A DNA stretch of 63,344 nucleotides, counting the filler, from Collodictyon triciliatum (Eukaryota): assembly GCA_043381765.1 (NCBI GenBank). It is 7 parts of 7 records of this genome, joined end to end, with 100 filler letters (N's around TTAATTAATTAA, not from the genome) between each part and the next. Parts side by side here need not be neighbours in the genome. Positions count along the whole stretch, not along the records: positions 9,004 to 17,990 come from JBHJMP010003211.1; positions 18,091 to 27,070 come from JBHJMP010003212.1; 5 more parts are not named here. One strand, 5' to 3'. Of this stretch, positions 12,272 through 25,485 are shown one piece after another. Positions within the stretch are counted from its first letter, which is position 1. Every line of letters starts with the position of its first letter. Below the pieces are notes generated by a model, which made no database searches, had not been told where the DNA came from, and was given only the letters and a program-made list of their open reading frames with translations. The translations under genes were made by a program, and so were the position numbers.

Positions 12272-15200
12272 ATGGGCGGCCTTGTCAGCAAACGAGCACC
12301 GGGCGGATCCTCGGTCCACGCGGCAGGGCGACCGACACGAGGGGGCTCCAACGCCTTCCACGGGCACAGCAGCGGCGGTGGCAGCCTCGCAGCAGGGACG
12401 GCACTGGAGGTCCTGCGCACAGCAGACGAGGAACAAGGCCTCGGACACCACCGCAGCATCAGCGACCACACACTGAGCAGCGGAGGCCCTGCAGGGGGAG
12501 CGAGGCGCTCGACGAACGATTTTAGTGATCGTGATCATGACCGTGATCGTGATCATGACCGTGATCGTGATCGTGACCGCCGCGCCAGCGCAGGGATCGG
12601 CTTCATGCCACGCAGCGGCTCACAAGTCCAGCGTGGCAACAACAGCCACAGCCACAGCCACAGCCACAGCCACAGCCACAGCCACAGCCACGCAACGAGC
12701 GAGCAGCGGCGCAACAGCGTCGGAGCGCGGTCGGCCCCGCCCGGGAGTCCGTTTCTGGAAGGGCTTCCGACGCCGCTTTCGCCGGCCATGGGCGCAGACG
12801 CCGGGGCGCCGCTCCATGCTAGCAGCGGCATGATCGAGATGGCCACGGTCGGGTCGTCTGCCCAGCGCCGCAGTTCGGCGGCCGACAAGATCAAATCCTT
12901 CTTTCCCATCCGCTTCAGCCTGCGCAACCATGGGATTTGGGCGGAGCTGCTCGAGACGCTGCATGCAGACTTGACCGACCAAATCCGCACCTTCGACGTG
13001 GACTGGGGCCCTAAGGTTGCAGAGAATGTTGCCCGCCTCGTGGCCCGGGCTTTTCGGCAGCCGTCTGTGGTTGGAGACACGCTCTCCATCTCCTTCCATG
13101 ACATGCGCCTTGGCGACCAGGTTGGTGTCGGCCGCAGTTTGCATCTATTCTCCCAGCAATGGAACCCCTCACGACTCACATGTATATATATATATATATA
13201 TTTATTTGCATCGCCGTCTTTAGATTATCGACGCCTTCTTCCAAGTGCTGGTTGCGCATGAGACTTTTGGCCGAGTCGGCTCCGTCTGTCTCCGCAACAA
13301 CTACCTTTCTGCGCTCTGCATCGAAAGCGCCGTTCATCTGCTCCAGTTCTCCACGTACCTCAACTCTCTGGATTTGAGCTGTAATCCGCTCGGAGATGAC
13401 GGGGTGGTTCGCTTGTCAAATGCTCTCAGGTCCAACATAATTCTGCAACATCTCAACTTGTCGTACGTTGCTGCTACAGATCGTGCTGCTAGTGAGCTTG
13501 CTGAGTTGATTCTAGCGAATAAGGCCCTCCGCAACCTGGATTTGAGCGGAAATGCGTTCCAGAAAGAGGGTGTAACAAACATTCTCAACGCTGCAACTGC
13601 AAACATGAATCTAGTGTCTCTTTCTTTGCACGCCAACCCTGGGCTGGATAGAATGAGCTTCCATCACCTCGAAGAAGTGATATCTCGAAATGTCAGAATT
13701 GGACCCCCAACCTCGCCATCAATCACTCCAATGACTGGGCCCTTAAGTGGGTCGGGGTCTCCTTCTTTATCTTCTGCTTTCTCCACTTCGATTCAAGGGA
13801 GCCCCTCACTGCCATCAGCATCCACCTTTTCCGCTTACGAATGGTTCTGCCACGAGAAAGTTACCCCAACAGTTTGCTGCTCTTCGTTTCGAGATGCACC
13901 GGAGATCTTTACCACTCTCACAAACGCTACCATCACAACTCTACCTCCTGAACATAATGCTCCAATCCCGCCTCCAGAGCGCAAAGGCAGTGTTTTCTCT
14001 CAGAAAGTAATATTTTCCCTTCATTTACATCATCGTCATCATGTCTACAAGGATGCATGCTAAAGTCTTGATATTAAAATTTTCATTTCGTTTCTTGTTT
14101 TATTGCTAAACTTTAAGTTAAGTATATATAAAAAAAAAAAACATATATCGGCAAGTGTGACCATGAATTTTTTTTTCTTGTTTGGTTAGGAGGTCTCTCG
14201 CAGCATTGATGTTCTCTTTGCTACACCTGAAACAATTTCCTTCATGAATTCCCTTCCATTTAACAAAACTTGGAAGAGGGAGGGTCGATTCAATATAGGA
14301 TGTGCTGATACCATCGGACGAAGGTCATCCATGGAAGATGTCATGGTAAATACAATATAGTTTCAAATTAACTACTTAAATCTGAACGGGATAAAATAAA
14401 TTATACATTTTAACTTACAGAAAGCCTTTTCACCAAAAAAAAAAAAAAGAAAATAAAAAAAAGATAAAAATAAAAAAAAAAAAAAAAAAGAAAAAAAAAT
14501 TACAGGTCATATGCGAAAACTTTCAAAATCAGAAGGGAAACTATATTATGGCCTTATTTGACGGACATGGCGGACCAGATGCAGCCAACTATGCAGCTGA
14601 GCAAATCGTTCAAACAATGGCATATATTTACGATACTGAAGGTTCAAAATTAGACCATATCGCTATTATCAGAAAGGTAACAATGATGGCATCGTATTTT
14701 GAACTCTATCCCAGATAATATATGATGTATCCTCTTTCTTGTGTCAAACCAGAAAAGAAATTTTTGAATTAATTTCATGAAACAATAAAAAAAAAAAAAA
14801 TCAATCCAGACATTTATTGAGCTGTACGAATCGATGCAAGGATATCTCTTTTGTGGAACAACTGCAGCCACGTTATCTATTCTGGGAGACAAGTTATATG
14901 TGGCATCTGCTGGTGATTCTAGAATTGTCCTCTGTCGTGGAGGTATGTTGTTTATATTTCTAATTATTTTATGCATGAACTCTGAGTCTTGCTTTTTTTT
15001 TTTTTAAAAAAAAAAAATTGCCGTACGCTTTCACTTACTCATCAACAATATGGGGACAATTGACTCAATATTCATAAAACCTGCTCTCCATTCAAATTTT
15101 TACAAATACTATGTAATAGGAGAGGCAATACGTATGTCTCGTGACCACAAACCAACCCTCCCAGACGAAAGAAAGAGGATAACGGATGAAGGTGGATTTA

Positions 15201-15873
15201 TAAAGGATGGTCGGGTTAACGGGGTATTATCCGGTATTCAGCGCTTCATTTGCCAATATATGCACAAACACAAATGACATCCTTGATAATATGAATAAGT
15301 CAAAAAGTTAATACCCAATTTAAATTCATGCGAACTCAATCTCTTGTAATATTGACATAATTTATGTATTCTCTGCCAGTGTCACGTGTCTTGGGCGATG
15401 GGTTTTTGCACCCTCTCGTAAGCAGTGAGCCCCATATCACAGTCACTGACTTACTCCTTGGAAATCCCTATGTACAAGTCGACACTGAGAATCCTATAGC
15501 AGACATTTTAGATGAATTCATCATTATTGCCTGCGACGGGCTTTGGGATGTCTTGTCCGATTCCGAGGCAGTCTCACTGGTTCATTTCTCCAACTATTGG
15601 GACCATCCTGAGCTCGCTGCACAAAATCTGCGCAATGTGGCCTACGAAATAGGTAGTACAGATAATATCAGTGTCATGGTAGTGTCCCTCCGCCCACCAA
15701 GCACAGCCCCTACAAACTCATCCCTTTCGATTCAAAGTATCAACCAACAATCCAAAGTGCAAACCCCGGCACAAGCCAACCGCTCTCCAAAGAGCATGGA
15801 AGGTATTTCCGATACTCTGGCAAATAAGGCAATATCGGTGGTCACAGAAGTTGAGTCTGGTCAGGAGTCGTAG
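12272..15873 (+). CDS. LRR (RNI-like) plus PP2C protein phosphatase with N-terminal myristoylation motif (spliced)
   Basis: MGGLVSK start; LRRs LNSLDLSCNPLGDDGV, LQHLNLSY, LRNLDLSGN; PP2C motifs GRRSSMED, GLFDGHGG, GTTA, ASAGDSRIVL, SRDHKP, GRVNGVL, SRVLGD, IIACDGLWDV, GSTDNISVMVV. Confidence 0.9.
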
Positions 15874-16685
15874 AGTCGAAACTTGATCAATCTTCTTTGA
15901 ATGTTTTCTGCCTAGTTTTTCTCACTAAACCCTTGATGTAAATATCACCTTGAAATCAAAACCTCAGTAGGATTTGTGTATGAGTTGGCTAGGTTTCACA
16001 TATGATTGCTACGTCCGTGTTCCTCTATCCATGATTCCTCCTTTCTTCTGTGCTTTGCAGCTCTAACCGCTTTATTCATAGAGGCCTGATTACTAGGTCC
16101 AAGTGATATCATTATTGGCGATATAATGCTCATAATGAAATTTATTCCTATCAACCGTCAAATCCAAGGCAACATTCGCCATTGTGCTCTCTTTCCTCTT
16201 TCCCCTAAACTCTTTTTTTTTTTTTTTTTTTTTGAGTTTATTCCTGTCTCTTTTTACCCACCAAAAAATATCAAAAAAAAAAAAAACATATGTAGAACAA
16301 TATAGTAGTCAGAATACCTTCCTCATTGCAAGAATCTGTGTCCAGATGCCGGTTTATTCTTTTATGCATTATCCAGCACTTCACTCGCATCACATTCCAA
16401 GCATATCCCAATAAACTAGACAGCCAAATCTGTTCTTGGTGTGTCTGCCTCATAGGATAAAATGGTACCAGGTGAAGAACTAAACGCAAAGTAACTTAGA
16501 ATAGGTGCTGAAATCATGGTGAAAGAGTTATCCGCATAAATGGGGAACAATTAATCAAATCACAAAAAAAAAAAAAAATAATCAGCAAAGTTCAAGTCAT
16601 TGCTATTGATGTTGTGATGAAGTGTATGTATTGCCATAAATATCCCTGAATATTCCCAGCAACACCGCAGTCCGATCAGATATCA

Positions 16686-17425
16686 CTAGAGTATCCGCAA
16701 AAGTAGATGTTGCATCATCTCGGATGACTTTCCTCTACTGTGGTGAGCTATGACATCATATAATCCCGTAGCTGAAAAAGGAGGACACATCATGTTTTAT
16801 TTTGTTTTTTCTTCTGCATAGATGATACCTTGTAGCACAGCGTGGCACGTGTTAGCCAGAAGGGGTTGCGCAGGATATCTTTTTTTTATTTTATTTTTTA
16901 TTCACAACAAACTTAGCTGTTGGCGCCAAGCGCAGGATATCTTTAAACCAGATTGCGCTCCACATTTTTTGATAATCCCACTGAGAGTGAATAACAGCCA
17001 TAATAGTAGTAGCGATACATAAAAGGAAGCGGATTCCACTCGTCATTTTCAACAGACGCATCCTAACCTTCAATGGTGGATAAGTGGCCAGGACCACATT
17101 CGTCACCCTATTGCCAGCGGCAGAATTGATAGAAAAATATGTATTAATACCTCTATTGATATTGTATTCATCTAACTATATAGATAAATATAATATCATC
17201 TATAATATAGAGGTATTAATACCAAAAAAAAAAAAAATAATGTAAAAGCTTTGCTTAGATACAGGAACGCGGACAACAGAAAAAAGAAACCCGAAATGAG
17301 ATAACCCCAACCCTAGAGCCGTTACACCGAATCCTGTTCAGGCTAAATAACGGATTCCACATATGGAAATCCTTCCTATTTCCACTTTGGTTATTACCTT
17401 TTGAATCTTTTCTTGCCTCCCACAT
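16686..17425 (-). CDS. Small hypothetical spliced protein (~100 aa)
   Basis: Six short GT-AG exons join in frame (MWEARKDSK|GFGVTALG|VTNVVLATYPPLK|WDYQKMWSAIWF..|YPAQPLL..|ATGLYDV..LLLRIL*); no recognisable domain. Confidence 0.35.
17141..17222. repeat. Fold-back inverted repeat (MITE-like)
   Basis: Perfect 16-bp arms GTATTAATACCTCTAT / ATAGAGGTATTAATAC plus imperfect inner arms. Confidence 0.7.
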
Positions 17426-17898
17426 TATTTAAATTTTTGTTAGAAAGGAACCAAAGGCTGGGCGAAAGAAGCGAACGCAATGTGCGCGCGTGTGTGATCC
17501 ACGGCGGATTGGCGGCGCGCGAGGCAGGCACGAACCCTCCGATTGCGCCACGAAGAGGAGGGCGAGAAAACAGCCGGAAAGAAGCATGGCAGAAAAACAA
17601 CAACAATAAGATTAGTTCACATGGTACAATATGCCACCAAACATGTCCGTCTTGAAATGATAACAAGACTGATCATGGGGCTGGCTGTCGGCCGAGGCGT
17701 TTGATCGTCGAGGATCACGCGGCCGTGAAAGGCAGTCCTTTGAAGACTTGGAGAGGGGGTCCAAGTGCTGGGAAAGCCCGCATGACGAGGGATTCCAACT
17801 TTATACCTTACGTCGCAAGAGCCTATGTGTGCTCAATGTAGTCCAATCGTCGGGGAAAGAAGCCTCCCTGAAAGAAACAAAATTGTTGATCGGCCCAA

Positions 17899-17947
<49 letters not shown>

Positions 17948-17990
17948 TTTTTTTTTTTTTATAATTTAAAAAAAAAAAAAAAAAAAAAAA

Positions 17991-18090
17991 NNNNNNNNNN
18001 NNNNNNNNNNNNNNNNNNNNNNNNNNNNNNNNNNTTAATTAATTAANNNNNNNNNNNNNNNNNNNNNNNNNNNNNNNNNNNNNNNNNNNN
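17991..18090. other. Artificial contig spacer
   Basis: N44-TTAATTAATTAA-N44. Confidence 0.98.
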
Positions 18091-18292
18091 TTTTTTATCT
18101 TTTTTATCTTTTTTATCTTTTTTATCTTTTTTATCTTTTTTATCTTTTTTATCTTTTTTATCTTTTTTATCTTTTTTATCTTTTTTATCTATTCGTCTAT
18201 TCTCCTATTCGCCTATTTGTCCTTTTGTTCTTCCCTGTTTTCTTCAAATACTAATTTTTTGGGACGAATCTTTTCTGGCCTTCTGCAGAAAA

Positions 18293-19846
18293 ATGAAGTA
18301 CGGCGTGGCATCCTCGGATAGCCTACCAGAGTTTACCAGTTCCAACTATGAAACCGCAGCCCCATATGCCAGAGGCCTGAATGAAGATGATCACATCACG
18401 GAAGAAACCTCTCTGTTACCCAAGGATGAGGCCGCCCCAAAGCCCCTTGCCTCAACGTCCTCGTCCATCTTCAACTTGACAAACACCACTGTGGGTGCCG
18501 GAGTTCTCACCATCCCTTACGCACTTAACAAGACAGGTCTCTAATCCATACAAACAAAAAACCATCCTAATTGTTCGATTGCCAACCCTGTTTTCATGGG
18601 GAATGTTGATGGCGGATCAAAAATAGGTATTTTTCTGGGCGTCGGCTTGATGCTTCTGGTCTGCTTCATGGCAGGCACTTGCCACTTGCTGCTGATCGAT
18701 TTGGCCAACAAAACCGGCTGTCGTACCTATCGTGAATTGGCTGTGTATACATTTGGTCCGAGAGCTGGGAGATACATGGACTCTATCATTATCTTTTACA
18801 CCACCGGCACATTAATCGCCTATCCTATTATTATCGGTAGGCTCAACCTGACGTTTTTTTTTTCCATTCGTGAAAGAATTGTACAGGAAACAATACCCAA
18901 TTCGTCCGCATTTTGGTTTGAGTATTACTGACATTCAATTTATCTAATAGGTGGCAACTTGCCTGATGTCTTCCGTGAAGTAGTGGAAGGATGGTTTGGT
19001 GGGGATTGGCCATTCACTGAGAACGAAGGACGTGCGTTGCTTATGTGCCTTGTTATGTTTATGGTGATTGTTCCCATTTCCATGCTACCGAATCTTGATG
19101 GGCTAAAGCATACCAGTTTGATGGCTATTCTCTGCATCTTTTACCTCATGATTGTCATCCTGTATACATATGGAGCTGGAACAACAGAGAGCGAGGAAAA
19201 CTCAGTTGTTTATGTCAATGGGGAATTTGAAATGTTCCTTGCCTTCCCACTTATATCAGTGTCGTTTACGGCTCACTATAACGTTCTTCGCATCTACTAC
19301 GAGTACGAAAATCGTAGCCGAGAGCGCATGAAGCGTGTGATTATCTTTTCCATGATGATTATCTTGACCCTTTACTTGCTGATTGGTGTCCCTGGATACT
19401 TGGCTTTCCGAGCAGACGTCGAAGATGACATTTTAAGCAACTTGGATGAGACAAAAGAATGGAACGTGTTGGCCAAACTCGGCCTTGTTCTCACCATCAT
19501 CTTTTCTTATCCTCTTGTTGTCTTTGCCACTCGCAGTTCGCTCCATAGCTTGATTTACCCAGACCAACCCCAGCAATTGAAGCGTCTCAGAATCTTGACG
19601 ATCTGCCTGGCTTCGGTCTCACTACTGGTCGCCATCTTCGTCCCGGACATCAGTGTTGTCTTTTCGTTCACGGGTTCGTCCTTTGGTGTGCTTATTGTCT
19701 ACATCCTTCCTTCGTACATGACTCTGCGTGTCTCTGGCAGGGATTGGAAAGACCCCTTGAACCGCAAGCCTTTGGCAATATTCGTTGCTGGCATTCTGAT
19801 AGGCTTCCTGGCGTTCACTGTGGCCATCTACAACGTTGCTTCTTAA
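18293..19846 (+). CDS. Amino acid transporter, SLC38/AAAP (Aa_trans) family (3 exons)
   Basis: SSIFNLTNTTVGAGVLTIPYAL, LKHTSL, AFPLISVSFTAHYNVLRIYYE, GYLAF, FSYPLV; many hydrophobic segments; acidic dileucine EETSLL near the N-terminus. Confidence 0.93.
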
Positions 19847-22800
19847 AGGATCATACTAGTTTTCGAAATTACGTGATCTCTATGTTTTTGCCTGGATGAT
19901 TCTTCTACCATAAACCCAAATTATAATTACAATCAGAAGCCCTATCATGATATCCGCTCGCATCCCTTTCCTGCATAAAAAAAAACGGGTTAGGAAGAGG
20001 GCGGAAAGAAATACTCGCTCGATGCATATATGTGGAAAATTATTGCATAAACACCTAATATTCTTCTGTAGCTGATGTATGAATAATTTGAATATTTTTA
20101 TGGTGATGAATAATATTTCAGCAGAATTGTATTTCAATTGTCAATGTTGCAGCACAGTTTGTCTGTGGAGCTCAATGTGTGGTGCTTGGAGGGTCAACGA
20201 GCATCATCCTTTAGGAAAAGTGTGTTAATCAGTCTCTACACCCGCAGAATATTCATTGAATTCCACAAGAGTTCGCTATTGAATCGAGCTTCCGAATGAG
20301 GCCACTTTAGGATGTCAACTATCTATTTAAGTACATATTCAACGAAAGCAGACACTTTGTAGAAGAATGCCCCCACCAACAAATCCTCCAATCAAACCAA
20401 ATAGTTGAACGTGGTCTTTCGCTTTGTCCGTCCAAGCCCTCGAAAATTTCCTTATGAAAAACAAAGATAAATAGAAAAAAGAAAAAAAAAACAAAAACAA
20501 AAACAGAGAAACCAACAAACGCAAACAAAAATAAAGTCATGAACTAATGAAAAGGAAAGGGAATCCTAAAATGTACCCGCGCTCGGGCCAGTCCTGCGAT
20601 GTGTTAAATCATCGACACACAAGCAAAACAGAATTATCATTTGTTAGGTTGGTTGGACATGGCGAGAGGAACGACATAGGAAAAGATGGAAAAGCGTTTG
20701 GTAGGGCGATGGGGTGCGTTAAAGGAAAGAAAGGCTGCAAAGGTGATGGGCGCCCAAAAGGCGACATTTTCCATTCCACATCTCCCCTTTCTTTTCCTCC
20801 TGGTTTGTAGGATGACTAGAATATTGATGGAAATGGCAACGAGCTGACGCTCCTCGCCGCACGAAAGGTGGGTCATGTCGCAAATAAAATAAAAAGAGAG
20901 AAAGGACAAATAACTGGAAGTGCTTCTGGTACGTCTCCTTTTGATCAATCGCCAACCTCGCAGATCAAAAACGATACATACCTTCGTTTGAGTTATTCAT
21001 AATTCTATTCAACCGGCCCATTTCAGATGAAGAAGGGTTGCCAATTTTTAAAAGACCGCCTATCGACTTTTGAAAAGCCACCTAAATAACATCAACGAAG
21101 CCACCACCCACCCCGGTTCACTCGCAGAGCTAGTGCTTACACTTCTTTCCGTCAAGCCTGTTCTAATAGACGGCTGCCCATTGAGTTTGTTGTAGCTCTT
21201 CACCGCTCTTTATTGCCTCGCCGCCTTATAATTATCCTCATACTTTTTTTTCCGTCTCATTCGTTCAGTGCCATCTCATTTTTCCAACTGTGGTTTATTC
21301 TGGTCTAATCACAGATCGCGATAGCCTCCTCTGAACTTTGAATAAAAAGAGGGAGACGAAGTTCGGCCTGAGGTAGTTCTGACTATGTTCTTTTGTAAAG
21401 CAGGTTTTGCGCAGGAAGGGCCTATGAAAGACCTCATCTCGCTGATTAATTGAAACTCAGATACATACAACTGGTTTTGTTGGGATTTTTCAACGTCTGT
21501 CCTTCCTTTTTTTTTTTTCCTTTTTCCTTTTTTCTTTTTTCTTTCCCAACGAGAAGGGGTGCACATAGTCCCACAATTATGGCGCATCACAAATACTCCA
21601 TTTATAGCCCACACTTCTGCAAAACGGCCTTATCCTGCACAGGCAGCTAATATCGCTCCAGTTTGTGCTGAAGTCTAGAGATATCACTCCCCTTACTACA
21701 AACTATACAGCCATAATTCATCAGTGTGACTTTCAGCTCCTCACAGTATCCATTCCCTGAGCGCACTCAACCGACCAAGCTACCTTTGACTCTAACATTA
21801 GAGTGCCCACCCGTTTCTCATGCGAGTGCGTTGGAGCACTTGTGCAGCGACGTTATTTGGGATTGAAATGGTTGTTGTGCGCAGTTCGTCCTGCATTCAC
21901 ATGCGATGTCCTAGCAAATACCCCTGCGGATTTAAATTGCGCCCACATTCGGCTCCACCCCATTCAAACTTCCTTCCAAGCCCCATATATGTTTACAGTC
22001 AACCCATAACACTAAAACAAACTGAATTCCTTTCTGCGCCCAATTTATTTCTCCATAATCAACGATTAACACACGAGACACATCCCCAACCCCCGCCCTC
22101 CTTGATTCCCTCTGATGAAAAAAAAAAAGACACCTGGCGCAAAACAGTTCTCTTAACCGTGTCTAAGTCTCTCACTTTTGCAGAATTCTTTGGATAATCT
22201 TCATTTGACAATCCTCTTACACCTTCAAAAGAAATTGAGCTTATTGCTTCCTTTTATTCAAGTTCATACCACCAACCCTCTACACCTCCCACGCTCTGAC
22301 AAACCTCCATGCCTTCATTCGCCACGGAACCTTCTTTTATCCATTGCCATCTCCTTTTTATTTTATTTTTTTGCATGCAATTTGTTGTTTTATTCAAATC
22401 GCTGTTAAGAAATATGTTTGACTGTGTCTCAATCGGGAGTGTTTCGCTATACCATTTTTTCTGTTAAGCTCATTCACAACAGGAATAAGAAAACTTGCCC
22501 ATATTACTCCTTTTAAATTAGCTTATTTTCTACTTTTCCAACTGCCTCCGAAGATATTAGTATTATCGATCACACATATTTATTCCTACTCCTCTCTCCT
22601 TAGGAGAATCTACATAGGTTGGAGTATCTGCCGTAGCGATCGCTCACAGACTGGCAATAAAAGGTCTTCGAAAGCAGAGAGGAGAAGCTTGTTTGGCTCA
22701 GTACTCAGGTCACTTCCTCATCAGTATACGAGCTGTTGCATTAGATTTGTGGATTTGCTTAAGTAAAAAGTGTTATTATGGTTTGTTTTTTTTTGGGCCT

Positions 22801-23336
22801 TGGTGTATTATATTTGTAAATTAACGCTTCCGTCTTCAATTTGCAACAGGGTTTGTTAATATTTGCTTGGTTCATATTGGCAGTCTCACGAAAGCCCCTA
22901 TTGCTATTTTACTACCTCAGGTAGGCACACCTAGTCTCGGAAAATTACTGCATCGTTTTCCTTTTGTCGAGCCCCTTATCCCTTTTCGAAGAACTTGTAT
23001 ACTTCAAAGGACTTCGTTTCATGAAAATTTAACATTTTGTTTTTCTACTCCGCTGTCTCTCTTTTCTCCCCTCGACAACCAAAACAACACAAACCATTTA
23101 TCGATAATTTTGGTATCCATTTTTTTTCCAAACCTAAATTAATCGTGATAACACCCAAGGTTCATCCCACGGCCTTGGCCATTCGCAAGTCTTACAAAGC
23201 CATCTACAACAGGGTGTTTAGCGCCGATAACAGGATTGCTTTCGATATACAGTGCCAAAACAAAAGCAACTATATCGAGTTAGTCGACCCGCATCCCTCT
23301 TTGTCATTCGTGATAATACCTATCGGACCATTTAGA

Positions 23337-24876
23337 ATGGATAAAAGAGACATCCAGCACACCTATATACATAGAGAAGAACGGGAGAGCAGAATAGGCC
23401 CACCACACGAGAAGCAGCAAGCTTCATCATCTTCACCAAAACACACCCAAGTATTGTCTTCTGACAGCACGGTAGAAAGTGGTGCATACCCTGCTGTTGA
23501 TCCTCAAAGTATTTATGGCATCCCAAAAGAAGGGGAAAAGATTCCACGACCTCGCAATTGGATCCCCACAAAGGATCACTTGAATCTGTTTCTCCGCTCT
23601 CATCTCCCGCATCACCTTCGTGGATGCTGGGCCAACCGATTGGCAGCTTTTCTGAATTGTGAGGACGCTCACTTCCCTGCCCGGTGGATTAATTACGGAA
23701 AAGAGTTTGAGATTAACATGACACTCGCTTACCGTTGGCTTTTTATTGCAAAGTCTTCTTTGGAAAAGAACCTCCGTAGCAACGGATTCAATCGGGTCTA
23801 TGTGAGTGAATTCCGGGACGACAATATACGGCGCTATCTCTTTCCAACGTCAAAGACGATACTGGCGTCTCATCACCATCGACATACAGGAATGACCACG
23901 ATAGCCACAGAACCGCGAGCTGATTGGCCTCCAGTTCTTGAAGCTGTGGCGAAGGAACAACCTCAGGAAACAGTGCCCAAAATTGCCGGCCAACCACAGA
24001 TGCAAGTCCACACACAACAAGACTTGCCATCGATTTCCATTGGGCTTATAGGTCAAGCTCCGTTCCATTTGTGTGGACCCCGTAATCTAATAACAGTCCA
24101 CCCTATTAACACTGAAGGTAATATGAAATCACTTCATTCACATGACCTTGCATGCATACAAATAAATTCATTATGTTAAGCAGTATTCATACCACGTATT
24201 GTCAACCTTGCTGAGTATCTTTTTTTCTTTTTCTGCTATAGGCATCGAGAACCCTTCGCTTGAAACCGTTCATGCTATACACACAGAGCGACCTACTGCA
24301 GAGTTTCCTGCGTCTTTAAAACGGTCGCTGAATGAGGAACCTAAAGGAGAGCCAGGCAAGCTGATATTCGTCTCCTCGACATCGTCTGCTTCACCACAAG
24401 GAGCTTCATCGACAGCCCCTCCACCTGTGCCGAGAAAAATTGCAAAGACCAGCACCACTGACGAGTTTTTCTCTCGACATCTTCTCGAAGAACTGGACTC
24501 CTTTCCATCCCCTCAAGATTCTGAGTCGGATGAAGACACGGGAAGAGGAAATGCCCAGAAGCTCCGATGGCATCCACAAAGCCAAAGCCAAAGCCAAAGC
24601 CAAAGCCAAAGCCAAAGCCAAAGCCAAAGCCAATATCAGTCGCATCTACAATTCCAACTGCATCCAGCTCCTTCCATGATGATTCCGAACCTGATACACC
24701 CGAGCCGGCCAGAGCCACACACGCAAGGGAGTACCATCTTCCTGCCTGAATCTTCACGCGTGGGCGTGTCGTTACCTCCGCTGATGCCGCACATCTGTGA
24801 CGAGGAGTCGACTTCTTCAGAATACAGCGACTCCGAAAGAGCCCACCGAGGGCAGCCTGGGAAGGGAGGTGCTTGA
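23337..24876 (+). CDS. Protein with divergent HSF-type DNA-binding domain and low-complexity tail (2 exons)
   Basis: WANRLAAFL..ARWINYGKEFEI..SSLEKNLRSNGFNRV resembles the HSF winged helix; GT-AG intron about 24118-24241; (SQ)n repeat. Confidence 0.55.
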
Positions 24877-25485
24877 GGAAGCCATGTTACTAGCCCCTGG
24901 CTTTTCTCTCTCTCTTTGCTCCTGCCTTGCCATTCTTTGTAACCTCACAGGCCGACGCATCCGTATCTGTCCCTGCAGCGCAAGATATGTATTTTCTGTG
25001 CCCAGAAGAAGGGGCGTTTGGACTGTGTCTATCTGATTCCTCAGTCCGTGTTTATCGCCATACAAAAACAATCATTAAACCGAACAAAAAAAAAAAAAAC
25101 TCAAAAAACAAAAAACATAAAACAAAAAAAAACAAGATGCATCCAGTCAGATGGAAAAGTCCCTGGGTAGTGCTCGCCAATACCACCCATGGGAATCATG
25201 ACAAGAGCAAAGAAAAAAGATTTAGAAAATCCGACTTGACTATGTCGTTTTGCAGGGGCTCGATTCGTGTTTCTTTATGCTCTCTTTTTCCAGAGTACTT
25301 TGGCTACAATGGCCTTTGCAAAGAGAGGGAGAGAGAGAGACAGAGAGGGATGAGGTGAGAAAAAGAGACGGGACGGAGTAGATGATGGCGACGCTTTGCT
25401 TTCGGATGGGATGCGAGTGTGTTCAGTGGGAGATGATTGTGTTTGAGCACCCTGCCACAGAAGCGCCGTCTGTTCGCACGCGGAC

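Noticed and set aside
17300-17320. TAACCCCAACCCTAG resembling a telomerase RNA template or telomeric seed
   Set aside because: Single short match, better explained as an exon/intron junction of the minus-strand hypothetical gene
20339-21000. Possible small spliced minus-strand gene ending in a hydrophobic tail (LFGLIGGFVGGGILL)
   Set aside because: No complete in-frame exon chain could be built with confidence
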